This document shows positions 10,201-19,400 of a DNA stretch of 64,000 bases, piece after piece. The position numbers and the translations under genes were made by a program. The stretch's first letter is position 1. Every line of letters begins with the position of its first letter. Below the pieces are notes generated by a model. That model saw only the letters and a program-made list of their open reading frames with translations, made no database searches and was not told the origin of the DNA. This DNA comes from a virus. The stretch lies in IMG/VR virus record IMGVR_UViG_3300034284_000578, positions 44,577 to 108,576 of that record. One strand, written 5' to 3'.

Positions 10201-11933
10201 GGATTTCAACCAATGGTGGCACCACCTTTACAATGAATGATTTTGGTGTCCAACTAGTTGACGTTCAACGTATAAAACAACTTAATAATAAACTTTATGT
10301 TGTTGCAAATAGAATTGGTATTTCTACTGATGGTGGACAAACATTTACCATTATTACACAAACAACTGCTCCGGGAATAATTCCTGGTTCTAATTTTATA
10401 GATTTGACACCAGTAACGAATGATATATTTTATACTAGTACGGGAACTGGTTTATACAAAACTATTAATAATGGACAATCTTTTACTAAAATTGATTTTG
10501 GTTACAATGGCTTATCACCAACATTAAATAGTTCCACAATAGAAATACACAACAATCTACTTTATATTGCTTCGTCGGCCGGTGGAGGAATAAGAGTAGG
10601 AACTAATTGTTTGCCAGCACCTTCTATTAGAGGATGGCAAATTCCAAATCCAGAAAATAATCCGGCACATGCTGCATTCTTACAATCCGAATTACAACCT
10701 TGGATTGATATTGGAATTAATTTCCTTGGAATGGATGTTGGAGTTGGTATGTTTAATTACCAATATGGTGGTGCATTGTCGTTTGGAGCAAATCCAGTAT
10801 CGAGAGAACCAGTTGGTGATTATAAACAATGGTTACAAACAACATTCCCAACCCTAAAAACAATCATTAATGAAGCAATACAACCCGACTGGAAAGCACC
10901 AGTATTGGATGAATTTAATAAACCAGTTGTTGGAAGAACTTATCCAAGAAAAACTCTGTTAAAGACAAATCGTGCAACAGAAGTATGTAAAGGTGTATTG
11001 GTTTCTTCTGAAACTTTGGGTGGAGAGCCTTGGAACACAGTATATACTGACGATTGCTGGCATAACAAAGGAAGAGAAAGATTTAGAAAACTAGATCCTG
11101 CTGGAAAAGATTACCGTACAGCGCAAGATCCTAATAATTTTGTTTATGCGCCAGGTGCATACCAATATTCTGCTTATATGATTCTTCTTAATGGTAATTT
11201 GAATTCATCAGAATGGAATATAGGATTACACAGTAATGCAAATACCATACAAGGTTGGGGTGGCTTAGATCCAAATAAAATGTGGTGTTGGTATAGAAAA
11301 AATACAGAAATTGGTTTATTTGTTGAAACCTTTTATCTGTTAAGTAAAACAATGAGAGATGCATATAGATTACAAAATCCAAATGAAGTGGATGCCGCTG
11401 GAAATAACACATATAATAATCTTTGGCAATTCACTCCAGCATGGCATGATAAAGGAATTTCTACACCTACTCCCACACCAAGTGGTGTTGCGTCTTGGGA
11501 TGGTAGAAATATATTGAGAGATAGTGATACCTACAACAAAGTAAGAAATGAAATGTTTGTCGAAGTTAAAAATTACATAGAAAGAGGATATGTTTATTGG
11601 ACTTCTCTCGGTAAAGATGCATTCCAAGTGCTTAAAGATGTACATTCTGATCTATTGAGTTATGTTGCCGGATTTGAATCCGACGACAATATCTTCCCAG
11701 AAGACGAAATTACAGAAAATCGTGCTACAGTTTTGTCGGACGATGTAAAAAATAATATAATAATTTCTACAGTATCTACAAAAGATAATGAAACCCTGTT
11801 GGCAACAGTAATAAATAATGAGGAAATAATTACAACAGATTTTGGTACAGATACTAGTCCGTTTGGAGATCCAGAATTAGTGGATTTTGAACCCAGCCCA
11901 GGGGAATTTGGTGGTGGTGGATTTGGACCATAA
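1263..11933 (+). CDS. Giant 3556-aa putative virion protein: parallel beta-helix (GH141/pectin-lyase-like) domain, Asp-box beta-propeller and probable GH-like barrels
   Basis: Beta-helix family motifs YVSTTGND..GP.KT, GFWRWDWAD, WFALNILEELDTPGEYYID, DDAGGIY, GVYFDD and IPFEKI lie at ~2090-4785. Six S-x-D/N-G-G-type Asp-boxes lie at ~9750-10490. The gene sits between gp7 and gp8. Confidence 0.7.
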   Translation: MPNITTSITIQPTISSLDSLINSPNNAYNQALGSLPDVPPPPPPSTDVVIETDTTTDFVFTTDTTTDFVFTTDTTTDFVFTTDTTTDFVFTTDTTTDVVVPPLDTDVSALDYTVWAAAWQRDVNVNAHSVVPMIWVDPMGGWGGPGTTDVFTDDVVSSTKYNQFKTTLLNVPEGRRVIQPTFWAAVPPNLNWSPLTFIDYYTALDGTTFDGRNISWTPWQENIIDDAKTSFNQFLGRCKADGLTFNYITDNTYYGDGGAPSIWNLSKPPVSDRDAYKIYVSTTGNDNWTGLFPYTTGTNGPVKTIKKASELARNYTGNKNVEIQIRQGTYRMLGTDANPIFYLNESNSGKEGKYITYRPYKNETVVISGAEEISHSAFTLVNSSDSKWSRISAEARGNVYVADISGYDIGPGIPSMWNGGNMGGDVGNVQDMPALPELIFNGKTMTVARWPNKTSLNSNGYTFGESAVISSVVSSGTSGVWCVDPTYLGSNVDLLTDGPADDASCYCGSGAPRNENCFQNATFTYSSDYDSVISTWSSAAINDGIWLHGFWRWDWADEAYKVVSINTGSRTITVASKKSQYAVQNYSLCNPTTGALDSTGTYLSNPTPRRWFALNILEELDTPGEYYIDRANKKLYFWPTEAISASSEIRITHRAVAGPGAKDDDENSFEVGYHPNGFPDRTCSKCFPYKGWEDTNYGWYQPGGALQSRHVYNSKNTLKSLFKLYKTKNIIIEGLTFRDSAGSGIELNLCENVIVRKCKIFNVKKDGINAMGGKNVTIDSCTLYDIGRTAIINTGGNRQTLEPANKLVTKCSIKRWNRNKYNYASAIILNGCGNTASYNLMSDGSAGILIYGANLTVEYNHLHNLIGETDDAGGIYAGRNTSFINNVIRYNFFNNVKTNLPGGYYYSNSTVPSGCVTAENKNTAGTHGVYFDDLMSNCSVIGNVFYQIGGGEGCAVYFNGGVKNTVNNNLFIDCNRAYGAAVSTKGYWNNHLNASRIAIVNNLNYPWYETGGPLDSNGKETNVSGYSPYTWYGSGNGNTSWANNSLAGIMPVVDITAPIYQQTCPQLSQMISVNASKVATIVEDAAQFKNNTNNNVIINTPSNSDRLGINTISGETWSQAIYGGFNVGSELIEDTNTVITFAERASLNFKLSASDLATIRASLPTFEDIPFEKIPTLSYVPESYTQQTYSNCAVDNRHYTCERDFSDPDALEAIVTDSRFTSTVNPVNGKTLSQDFMDRYNAIITETNGMDRSLYTNRSSSWYVSPIATAYNVLSPNFGYIVDVGEPFRMQQFPWSNSSTDAATRAWTGVTFDWGIYYRTTFFKQPLANNGYSNVKYSIDYSYALNAEEAQYVQDQYGGWQGDIREDYPDALYTPPLYGELETGMFNRYTYAINPENDDQKYLMGFVWENQDLPQGYLRFTSPIWVAFLRDMKLLRGIIRSNPNAWQKLTPWIPSPDGGDISGSRMRYSRSQGETALQFWKEMIFHACLHGTQHFNYWNSGATSTVGTTNTLELHNILEEWRQRSGNSRAQPVTNSRIAVNSSVIISGGRLLSSNKYLWRVTAKPSSSVTLRAYGNSLDRTDIPQTITLNNNSRGAWLLTDSSVPPTYVLDEGGQQEDVELKYITLMRADYHTQIHRGRAIFGGASHDYGSGIGFDQNGKSLSALQYIYNTGITWSAHSVGNLNWYYAANYRLDSNGNAIPVVVRTSPTTTVTHCNNACYSSSGCFQVPGIPSIMFVKYMSETGEWGAPMRPNDPFPNGAGGSFEFVTVNGVVFTKQPTDRGKPLDYSFTHYGNSTNSSGIPYSFWARTPAQNGRNDLAYDYTWQGTVQLRPGHEHVIDSNNLTVKLRQPSDGAHPKNEPGNIWKYKGFVFAPIRQDDGCADHLFVDQYKMLLNLYKAEEEYKYFVMNLPTVPSCIVQSATWKSLVAEEFVNGVFKPKEIFVNYEDELVDQIRCLNITGRTGPNNYGRINNQPLTNEIWERIVSYIKLTRKMNYHIKSVFGPQVKISHYDMFNLPYYQEWKQGWWPAKDGLIWSTDYYTDIDNGCPFCSELDIDYPGDVAYAALPLEQKLVFIRKAVEALQSKIFKMGAAISKMCLFENVEGQPDVLDLRQELSELLPQIDPNLFIIEGLNHYPNSAHGEICNNVHKYYAATPNGFNEAADVNFKNNSEINKSRQQSIHHKEQARVGMFNNQRSGKLYSWFVQGVCGSDVAEAMYEYYNSNLKDNAGFVKSWTDTSFAATEVSSFPSTETDPNHLAGERIYKVKFAPKNALRRSFLKHMPWINMTNDFLNRSQIATTIKYKDEVIWSDNNISSVITTNLNGIASEPKEYRTEEYNLRPCAQGESPVCVSNCQPGETPTFSCRDIVANPYIKPKLIEDNFKLRNNNFDTFSCSSGTAVVGTNKSPNCVSYCHVDPVVHGAGSTSYPTTSLLKARRHIYGLAVEYAGYDDMVAIPLEDFPNDIYWGGYLGANGGFDPFITTPPATVSAAQALDRPGWPHIRGSETAKRAQGLGLILAARKDYSIYKYIKNPTQTNVRDWPQPAANFDVDRRPGIAATITVSGGPGAEVVMGYSGTNTNRAEFFKKCLDGSGNPIPNVGFQKLIDNYFTWNYDKGVRRFMIWTPGGTVYHTYPNGERPAVYTSAITSSMERRIYEIYQVAQDGVTTVINKIVNPAEACWRNITTPVDVFPTDGQVNTLLIPATVAEAESYPLCSDTDWNGTSPCFDPEGRKNEVLTCMEQWIDSHPDADVGVYMGYTIPTLNGEPETGTPTIIGDAGGGGWLQNAGDAVCCEPECSFSLLSDASNGLPANNQIRKLLVNGNTIYSVNAGSGGLSISTDGGATYVTRTTANGLGSNTISDIFVVGNNVYAATNGGLSISTDGGQTFINKSGGSSGLGGTNSAHVARISGVFVKNNTIYAAVAGVSGPTGGQTGLGISTDGGATFTMRNRTNSGLGGGSSGSACNTVFVDTDNKIYVGTQTGGLGISTNGGTTFTMNDFGVQLVDVQRIKQLNNKLYVVANRIGISTDGGQTFTIITQTTAPGIIPGSNFIDLTPVTNDIFYTSTGTGLYKTINNGQSFTKIDFGYNGLSPTLNSSTIEIHNNLLYIASSAGGGIRVGTNCLPAPSIRGWQIPNPENNPAHAAFLQSELQPWIDIGINFLGMDVGVGMFNYQYGGALSFGANPVSREPVGDYKQWLQTTFPTLKTIINEAIQPDWKAPVLDEFNKPVVGRTYPRKTLLKTNRATEVCKGVLVSSETLGGEPWNTVYTDDCWHNKGRERFRKLDPAGKDYRTAQDPNNFVYAPGAYQYSAYMILLNGNLNSSEWNIGLHSNANTIQGWGGLDPNKMWCWYRKNTEIGLFVETFYLLSKTMRDAYRLQNPNEVDAAGNNTYNNLWQFTPAWHDKGISTPTPTPSGVASWDGRNILRDSDTYNKVRNEMFVEVKNYIERGYVYWTSLGKDAFQVLKDVHSDLLSYVAGFESDDNIFPEDEITENRATVLSDDVKNNIIISTVSTKDNETLLATVINNEEIITTDFGTDTSPFGDPELVDFEPSPGEFGGGGFGP
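1422..1553 (+). repeat. 30-bp tandem repeat (~4.4 perfect copies) encoding TTTDFVFTTD
   Basis: The unit acaacaacagatttcgtattcactacagac repeats head to tail, in frame, with no spacers. Confidence 0.95.
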
Positions 11934-11948
11934 TTAAAGGAACTATAA

Positions 11949-14426
11949 ATGGCAACATTCAGACAAAGAGGTAGAGAAAATAATGCAAAGGTGTTCATTA
12001 GTGATTTTGAAACTAAAACAAATAACACTTATTTTATTTCAATTGGCAATGCTGTAACAAGTCCAGTTGCCTCGGTTACACGAGCAGCAGATACCATGCA
12101 AGCAGATCAAAATGCATGGAACAATATGTTCTTTATGAACCAAATTTTCCGTTCAGATTTATCTCTAATGATAAAAAAGATAGATTGGATTTCCGGAACC
12201 AGATACGAGGCATTTGACAAAAATAAAAATCAATATGAATTGAACGAAAAGTTTTACGCATATAATTCTGAAAACAATAGTGTGTATCTTTGTTTAGCAA
12301 GTCCCGAAAATGAAAACAGTGTAAGCACCTATCCACCAACAACTCAAGGTTTAAACCCAGAAGTTAAACCCGATGGATATACTTGGAAATTTTTGTATCA
12401 AGTTCGAGAAGAGAATCTAGAAAAATTTGATTATCCCGGATTTCTACCAATAGAAAATGTAGGTGTTGAATTATATACAGACGAAAGAGTTTTACAACAA
12501 AATGTCGAGGTAAACACGGTAAAGGGTGCAATTGAATCGATTGATGTGGTTCAACAAGGTACTTCTTTCCCAGAAATAGTAAATAATAATTTTGTCTCGA
12601 ATTTGTATTATGGTTATGCTACAGAAGATACTGTTGAGGGGGATGATATTCATACAGAATATTATTTTGACGCAGATCTTGAAGGAAGAACAGAACTTTC
12701 AAGAGTTGCCAATTTTTATGATAATAACTATATAATACATTTTAAAAATGGTTACACTGCATTAATAGAAGAAACAGAAACAGTTACAAATCCCACATCG
12801 GGCAATCCTGCTATCAGATTTAAAATATGTAATCTATTGTACGATTTAGGTTCATTTTCAGGTGATATTGAATTTATAATACCACCACTAAACGAACCAT
12901 TTTGTATTATTCCTTATATAAGAGTAATTGGTAATGGTTCGGATGCGGTAGCAATACCTGTATTTGATCTTGATAAGAAAATTACAAGAGTAGATTTAAT
13001 CTATAATGGAAAAAACTATACTTATGCTGAAGCAAAGTTTTTAGTAAATTCCACTACAATTTTAAGCCCAGTTTTGGGATTAAATGGATTGACATCCAAT
13101 ATAGTAAAACTTCTTGGTGCAAAACATGTAATGATATCCAAGAAAATTAAACCAATTACTACATTATCACAATCAGATCCAATACTATATTCTTCTGTAG
13201 AAAATACAGGAGTTGTATATAGCGGAGATCAGTATCTAGATGTTGTTTCTGAAAATACATATTACACTCAATTTTGTTTAATTAAAAATCCTAAGATTTT
13301 AAATATCAACACCAATTTACAAGAAATTGCCGGTTCGACTATTTCCGAAATACGAGAAATGGTAATAGAATCCATAGATCCCAAAGTAACTATAGTTGTT
13401 GGTACTCCACTTAATCCATATACAAATAGTACAAACTTTTTTGAAGTAGATGACATAATTGTTCGGGGACCAGATTCTAGACCAGATCAATTTCAAGCAA
13501 AAATAACAAATGTTTCTGTAAGTGGAATCAGTACGACTGTAGAGTGCGATTTAATTAATGGTGCATTTGAAACATATTCTGGTTATAGAATAAAAAACAA
13601 TAAAAATACCTCTACAGATTTTTCCGATGATGAGTTTTTTCAATTTTTAGATTGTGAAGAAAATTGTTCAAATTCCATTTATGCAACCTATACCAATGTT
13701 TTTAATCCCACAGACTTTTCTTCGGATGATGCGCTTTTTGGGACAAGCAGTTATAAAAGTGCAGAAATATACCCACCCTTAAGTGGATATGTTTTTGTTA
13801 ATCCTGTATATCCAAATAGAGCAAAAGTAAAAGTAAAAGATGCCGAACTTGGTTTCTTGCCGGCAAGATATGTAGATGGGGAATTTGTGCCTGGTGAAAC
13901 TATAATTGGATTAAAAGATGTATTGGGTGTACCAACCATCACGGCAAAAGGTTCTCTAGTATCAATTAGTGAACCCACAGAAATATTGTCGGAAACCTCA
14001 TTTGGTTATGCTTATATTTTAAAATGTACCGTCAATCGTCCGGGTGCAGACACTATATACGATTTAGTTAATGAAGATGGTGTTTCTTTAGAAACTAATA
14101 CCATTATAAAACAACCAAGCACTGGTGCTATTGGAAAAATAATTAGAGTGGGATTACCAACAGGCACGGATGGTTCCAGCACTGTATATCTTTATGTTAA
14201 CAATTATAACGATAAATCTTTTTATGCTTCTTCATCAATACTACAAACAATTAATGATTTATACGATCCAACAACTGCTGAAAATATGAATATTTACGTT
14301 CAGGAAGTTATTTTTAATCCAAGACTTGTTCCATACTCTGGTGATTTGTTATATATAAATGATGCAGGTCCTGTGCAAAGACGAGTAGAAAATTCTGAAA
14401 TAATAAAACTTTTAATAGAGTTCTGA
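11949..14426 (+). CDS. gp8: Baseplate wedge subunit gp8
   Basis: Motifs W..M.....I, VYLCL and DGYTWKFLY, plus C-terminal YSGDLLYI....VQR....E.IKLLIEF, typical of cyanophage-type gp8. Confidence 0.85.
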   Translation: MATFRQRGRENNAKVFISDFETKTNNTYFISIGNAVTSPVASVTRAADTMQADQNAWNNMFFMNQIFRSDLSLMIKKIDWISGTRYEAFDKNKNQYELNEKFYAYNSENNSVYLCLASPENENSVSTYPPTTQGLNPEVKPDGYTWKFLYQVREENLEKFDYPGFLPIENVGVELYTDERVLQQNVEVNTVKGAIESIDVVQQGTSFPEIVNNNFVSNLYYGYATEDTVEGDDIHTEYYFDADLEGRTELSRVANFYDNNYIIHFKNGYTALIEETETVTNPTSGNPAIRFKICNLLYDLGSFSGDIEFIIPPLNEPFCIIPYIRVIGNGSDAVAIPVFDLDKKITRVDLIYNGKNYTYAEAKFLVNSTTILSPVLGLNGLTSNIVKLLGAKHVMISKKIKPITTLSQSDPILYSSVENTGVVYSGDQYLDVVSENTYYTQFCLIKNPKILNINTNLQEIAGSTISEIREMVIESIDPKVTIVVGTPLNPYTNSTNFFEVDDIIVRGPDSRPDQFQAKITNVSVSGISTTVECDLINGAFETYSGYRIKNNKNTSTDFSDDEFFQFLDCEENCSNSIYATYTNVFNPTDFSSDDALFGTSSYKSAEIYPPLSGYVFVNPVYPNRAKVKVKDAELGFLPARYVDGEFVPGETIIGLKDVLGVPTITAKGSLVSISEPTEILSETSFGYAYILKCTVNRPGADTIYDLVNEDGVSLETNTIIKQPSTGAIGKIIRVGLPTGTDGSSTVYLYVNNYNDKSFYASSSILQTINDLYDPTTAENMNIYVQEVIFNPRLVPYSGDLLYINDAGPVQRRVENSEIIKLLIEF

Positions 14427-14433
14427 GGAAAAT

Positions 14434-16368
14434 ATGACTTTTAAGAATCCAGATTTTAGTTCAAATTCACCATATTATGATGATTTTGAGGAAGCAAAGA
14501 ACTTTCTAAAAATACTTTTTAAGCCTGGATATGCAGTTCAAGCCAGAGAACTGACACAACTGCAAACTATTTTGCAATCTCAAGTTGCAAAATTTGCTGA
14601 TCATATTTTTCAAGATGGTAGTCAAGTTTTTGGTGGTAAAATACAAATTGTTAATACACCTTATGTTCGTTTAGAAAAATATACACAATCCACCATAGGT
14701 GCTACGACAAATTTAGCAAACGATTATTTAACAAATCTTCCTACCAATTTATTAAAAGTTTATAGCAAATCTGGAACAACATTTACCGAATTAGCAACAG
14801 TAAAAATATCGTATTTTGAACCATCCGGTTATTCTGCTGCTGATGATTATGCTGTTGCATTTTATAATGTAATTTCTATTGCAGAAACTCAAAACGGTAC
14901 ATTTGATATGCAACGGGAATATTACATTGGTTCTTCCACTGCTGGACCATTTGTAAAAGTTATAAATCCAACACAACAAACAACAACACCAGTTCAATAT
15001 ACAGTTGAACCATTCGGAAATGGTTACTTAGTAACTGTGGATGATGGTATTTTTTACATAGATGGTTATTTTGTAACTACACAAAAACAAACAATATCTC
15101 TATTTAAAAAATCTTCTCAGTATGAATCTGATTTTAGTATTGACACCGGATTAACATATAACTGGGCAAGTCAAGGTGTCAGATTATTTAATAAACCATC
15201 ACACAGAATTGGTTATACTATAAATCGTCAAATTGTTACTGCTACAGAAGATAGTACTCTAAATGATCCAGCGCGAGGATTTTATAATTACAATGCACCG
15301 GGTGCCGATAGATACAAAATTTCTCTAGAACTTACTCAAATTGAATATCGTTCTGGTATTGTAGATATTGATAATTATGTTACAACCGATTTCATCCAAA
15401 TTTTAAGAACAACAAATGGTGTAGTAGATTACATCAAAGATAAATCTTCTTATTCGCAGATTTTAGATTTATTTGCAAAAAGAACTCAAGACGAATCTGG
15501 TTCTTATACAGTTAAACCATTCATTGCTGAAGTAAAAAATCATTTAAGAAAAGATAGATATGTTTTAACAGTTAGCAATGATTCAATTACAAGTATGTTT
15601 CCGGCTACATCTTTTAGACCAGCAATAGATGGTTATGTGTGGGCGGGTTCTGCTGCATTTAATCCATATACTTCACCTTCATTAGCAAATGAACCATTTG
15701 TTATTGCAAAAATTGTGGATGTCATTGGTGATTATGATGCAAGTTTAGCAACACCAAAATCATTAAAAATTGTGGTCGAATTGCAAAATGCAAATAAATT
15801 TGCATTTGGACCTGCTTCGTATTTCTTAAAAAATACAAGCACTGGTGCCATAACTGGATTTAATATAAGTGGTGTTGAATTACAAATAGATTCTAAAGGA
15901 ACCTATTCCTTATCAGATGTGCCTGTTGGTGATCCAACTAAGATGACAATTACAATGCAACCCGGAAAGGCATATGTTTATGGTTATAATTATGAAACAT
16001 TTGCACCAAGAAGCGTTGATTATGTTATAAATGGGAATCAAACAGATATAAAGGTAGTTACTGGTCAAAATGTAGAATTTGAAGTTGGAAATTATGTTAA
16101 AGGTGTATTTGTACCAAGAATAACAACAAATACTATAAATTATGAACAAATGCCTTCTTTGGATTTGGTTGATGTTGATACAAATACATTTTTGATTTAT
16201 CCTGCAAATACAACTACAGCAGAAAGAAGAATATATGCATGGGCCCCATTCCTTGGAGCAAGTGAAGATATACAAGGTGACATGATTGATATGGTGTATT
16301 TAACCGATAGTGAAGGATTAGATGGTGCGAGATTTCCACACGAAAGCGTAATCTTTGTGGCCGAATAA
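14434..16368 (+). CDS. DUF4815/VrlC-like virion structural protein, N-terminal part
   Basis: PYYDDF....NFLKILFKPGYAVQARELTQLQTILQ, NAPGADRYKI, KRT.DESGSYTV and PGKAYV.GY motifs; follows gp8. Confidence 0.85.
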   Translation: MTFKNPDFSSNSPYYDDFEEAKNFLKILFKPGYAVQARELTQLQTILQSQVAKFADHIFQDGSQVFGGKIQIVNTPYVRLEKYTQSTIGATTNLANDYLTNLPTNLLKVYSKSGTTFTELATVKISYFEPSGYSAADDYAVAFYNVISIAETQNGTFDMQREYYIGSSTAGPFVKVINPTQQTTTPVQYTVEPFGNGYLVTVDDGIFYIDGYFVTTQKQTISLFKKSSQYESDFSIDTGLTYNWASQGVRLFNKPSHRIGYTINRQIVTATEDSTLNDPARGFYNYNAPGADRYKISLELTQIEYRSGIVDIDNYVTTDFIQILRTTNGVVDYIKDKSSYSQILDLFAKRTQDESGSYTVKPFIAEVKNHLRKDRYVLTVSNDSITSMFPATSFRPAIDGYVWAGSAAFNPYTSPSLANEPFVIAKIVDVIGDYDASLATPKSLKIVVELQNANKFAFGPASYFLKNTSTGAITGFNISGVELQIDSKGTYSLSDVPVGDPTKMTITMQPGKAYVYGYNYETFAPRSVDYVINGNQTDIKVVTGQNVEFEVGNYVKGVFVPRITTNTINYEQMPSLDLVDVDTNTFLIYPANTTTAERRIYAWAPFLGASEDIQGDMIDMVYLTDSEGLDGARFPHESVIFVAE

Positions 16369-16380
16369 TTAACGGATACA

Positions 16381-16388
16381 CATAAATA
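16381..16388 (+). promoter_or_regulatory. Putative gp55-dependent late promoter (CATAAATA)
   Basis: One mismatch to T4 TATAAATA, in the 36-bp gap before ATG 16405. Confidence 0.55.
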
Positions 16389-16404
16389 AGATAAAAGGGT
16401 AAAA

Positions 16405-19400
16405 ATGGCATTAACAACAGAAACAGATAACGGTTATAAGAATGGTTTGTCAAACGAACTCATGAGAGTTTCGGGTGAAACTAGTCAAGCAACATACACT
16501 GCGAGTTGTTTTTCTGACAAGGTTCCCGATGTCATTAGAATTAACTTTTTAGATCCATTTAGAGGGAACTTTAGAACTGCTTACGATCCAACCCGAACAA
16601 ATCTGGATGAAAGTTTAGATGGACAAAGAGGGTTTCGTGAAGAAATATTTTTAGAAGCAACAAGTCAAGGTAATTATGATATTTTAAAACATTTTAGAGT
16701 TAAACAAATTGACGGTTTAACTGGTAATGTTGTAGCAGAAGGTATTCCTTTAAGATGGGTTCCACCATCAGCAGATGGAAGAGGTGGAACGTTATTCATA
16801 AAGGTACTATATCAAGATTTACCAAATCCTACAACTTTTAATCAAGCAAATGGTGTAATATATTGTGACGCAATTGATCAATTTACATATGGTGGGAAAA
16901 CATATAGTGGTAATCCAATATCCGTTGGTACTACAATTAAATCTATACAAACAGTTTCTAACGTTTATAAACTAACAAGCGTTGAGGCTTATAATAGTGC
17001 CCCATCCACTCTACCTTGCGTTGGTGGTACAGAAGGTGTAATTACTTTGGGTAAAGGAATATATCAAAGCGGTCAAAGAGTAGTTTTGAAAGAATTATTA
17101 GCCGCAAATGGTTCTCCATGTACTAGTAGTTTTTCAGGTACGGGTGTAGTAATATCATCCACAATTGATACACTATCACAAAAAGTTTCGGTTTTCGTGG
17201 AGTTTGATCAACCACTAAACGATACTGCTGGAGAGAACGGCAATTGTTCGAATTGTACAAATACATCTGAAAGACTAGTTCTCTGCACAGGAGATGCTTC
17301 TGGTAGTTGCTTATCATCATGTTGCATATATTCTATCGATAACGTTAGAAAAATAAGTACACCAGAGTGTGGTACTGTACAAAAAATATATTTTTCGGAT
17401 GAGATTGCAGAAACCGGAGAATTTGTGCCTGGTAGAGAACTCTATCAATGGAAATATGAAAATTGTGGAAACCATCCCGGTAATGCGGCATTTTATACCA
17501 CAAAACAAGCAGATGCTCAATCTAAAATTGTCGGTGAATATTTAAATTGGGATACGGCGACTAAAGTTCTTTATGTTCTTTGTCCAAATTCTATAATGCA
17601 AATTAAGTACGGAAACGTATATCAATTAACAGAAACAGGAACTTTATTGTCTAGAGGTAGTGGTATATCTCCAACCAGTAAATTTGAAAGAAGAACAGGT
17701 TCATTTGTAAATCTGAGAAATACCACAGAAACACCAACCTATATTTCTGGTAGAGAATATCAACAAGTTTGGGACAGTACATCAGGAGGAGAGTTACTGG
17801 TTCAAACATTGACCAGTACTTCAACTTCATATAATACAAACTATGAATATGTAATTGGTGAAACTGTATTGCAAGCACTTACTGAAGATTTTGATGGTAA
17901 TGTTGTTGGTTATGCTGCTGGTACTGTTGTAGATTGGCAACCAAATACAACGGCTCTCGATAGTGTTCCAAGTATATTAACTATTAAAAGAAAGAAAATT
18001 GGTACAGAAAATCCTTTATTCATTGATACAAATGATCCATTAATTCCAGCCACAACAGAACTTGCTCGTTTTAGATTTGGTACAAATCTTGCACCAACCA
18101 CTACAGGTACACTATTAAAAAATACAAAAAGAAATATTCTTCCTTTGCGTGTGTTTGAAACAGTAAATACCACAGGAAATATAGCAACAGACTGGTATGA
18201 TTTTAGTTCTGAAAATGTTGTTCAGAACTCCACAACAACTGAACTAACTGATACTGTTGTCGTTGCTTCTATAGGAACGATTGCTAAAGGATCATCAATA
18301 GGTTCTACCAGAATAAAGGCAATAAAATTAAATGCAGGAAATGTTTACGATATTTCGTTGATGAATACAAATATATTCTATAATGAGCCTGTTTCATTTA
18401 AAGATGTAACTCAAATTGGTAAATCAAATATTTTAACAAATACTACTGGTGTGTCATATAGTTCAATTGAACCAGTTATAGAAGTACAACAAGACTATAT
18501 TAGTGGTGAATATGTAACTAGAATATTTAATCCTACCTCAGATAAACAAATAATACCATTACCAGCAGGCGATGTAATTGAAAATGTAACGTCTGGATCT
18601 GGTAATTTTGGTTCTACTTTATTAACAATACAACAAATTTTTGATGTAAATTTCCCATCAAATAGTGCAGAAGTTTTCATTGAAGGTAATATTAATGGTG
18701 CAGAATTTCCTAGTACATTTTCCACAACATATTCATTTGCAATAGATCAACTTGGTAATAGTTTAAATTTGGTTAAATATAACAATTTAGCAGCTGCTAA
18801 TGCTGAACCTTCAGACAACAATACACTGTATTATGATGTAATTGTAGCAGATGATGCAAATGTTGGTATAAAATTTAAGAAAAAATCAACAAGTACTGTT
18901 ACTAGTATTATCTTTGGTTCTGAAGTAAAGTGTTCTGCATCAAATGTTATAAAGGAAAAACGACAAAAAACATTTAATGCTACAACTTATTTGACGTACA
19001 ATACGTCTGGGCCATTTAAAGATAAATGGACTGCGATTATTCCCATTACAGGCGCTATTGATGTTTATAAATTAAATTCTGTTTTTGGTGTTTCCGGAAC
19101 ATCTTCACTTACAATAATTACAAACAATGTAAAAGATTGGTTCGGTATTTCAAAGGAAACAGACGATTATTTGTATAAACCAAGTATTTTAGTTCTAAAC
19201 GGAAACGGTGTCACAACAAATACAAATACTGATCCAAATCAAGGACCAATAACACCAACTGTACCAACTTTTGGTTTATTTGAGCGAGAAGGACTAACCG
19301 AAAATTATAGAGTAAAAATTAGAGTTAATGGTCTTGGATATGAAGGACCAACAGGTGGGGGAATTGTAGTCAGAGAATCTTATAAAGATACTAATGGTAA

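Noticed and set aside
16366-16404. Stop-codon readthrough or an alternative genetic code joining the DUF4815 halves
   Set aside because: There are two in-frame TAA codons, TAA ends most genes here, and core genes are intact under the standard code.
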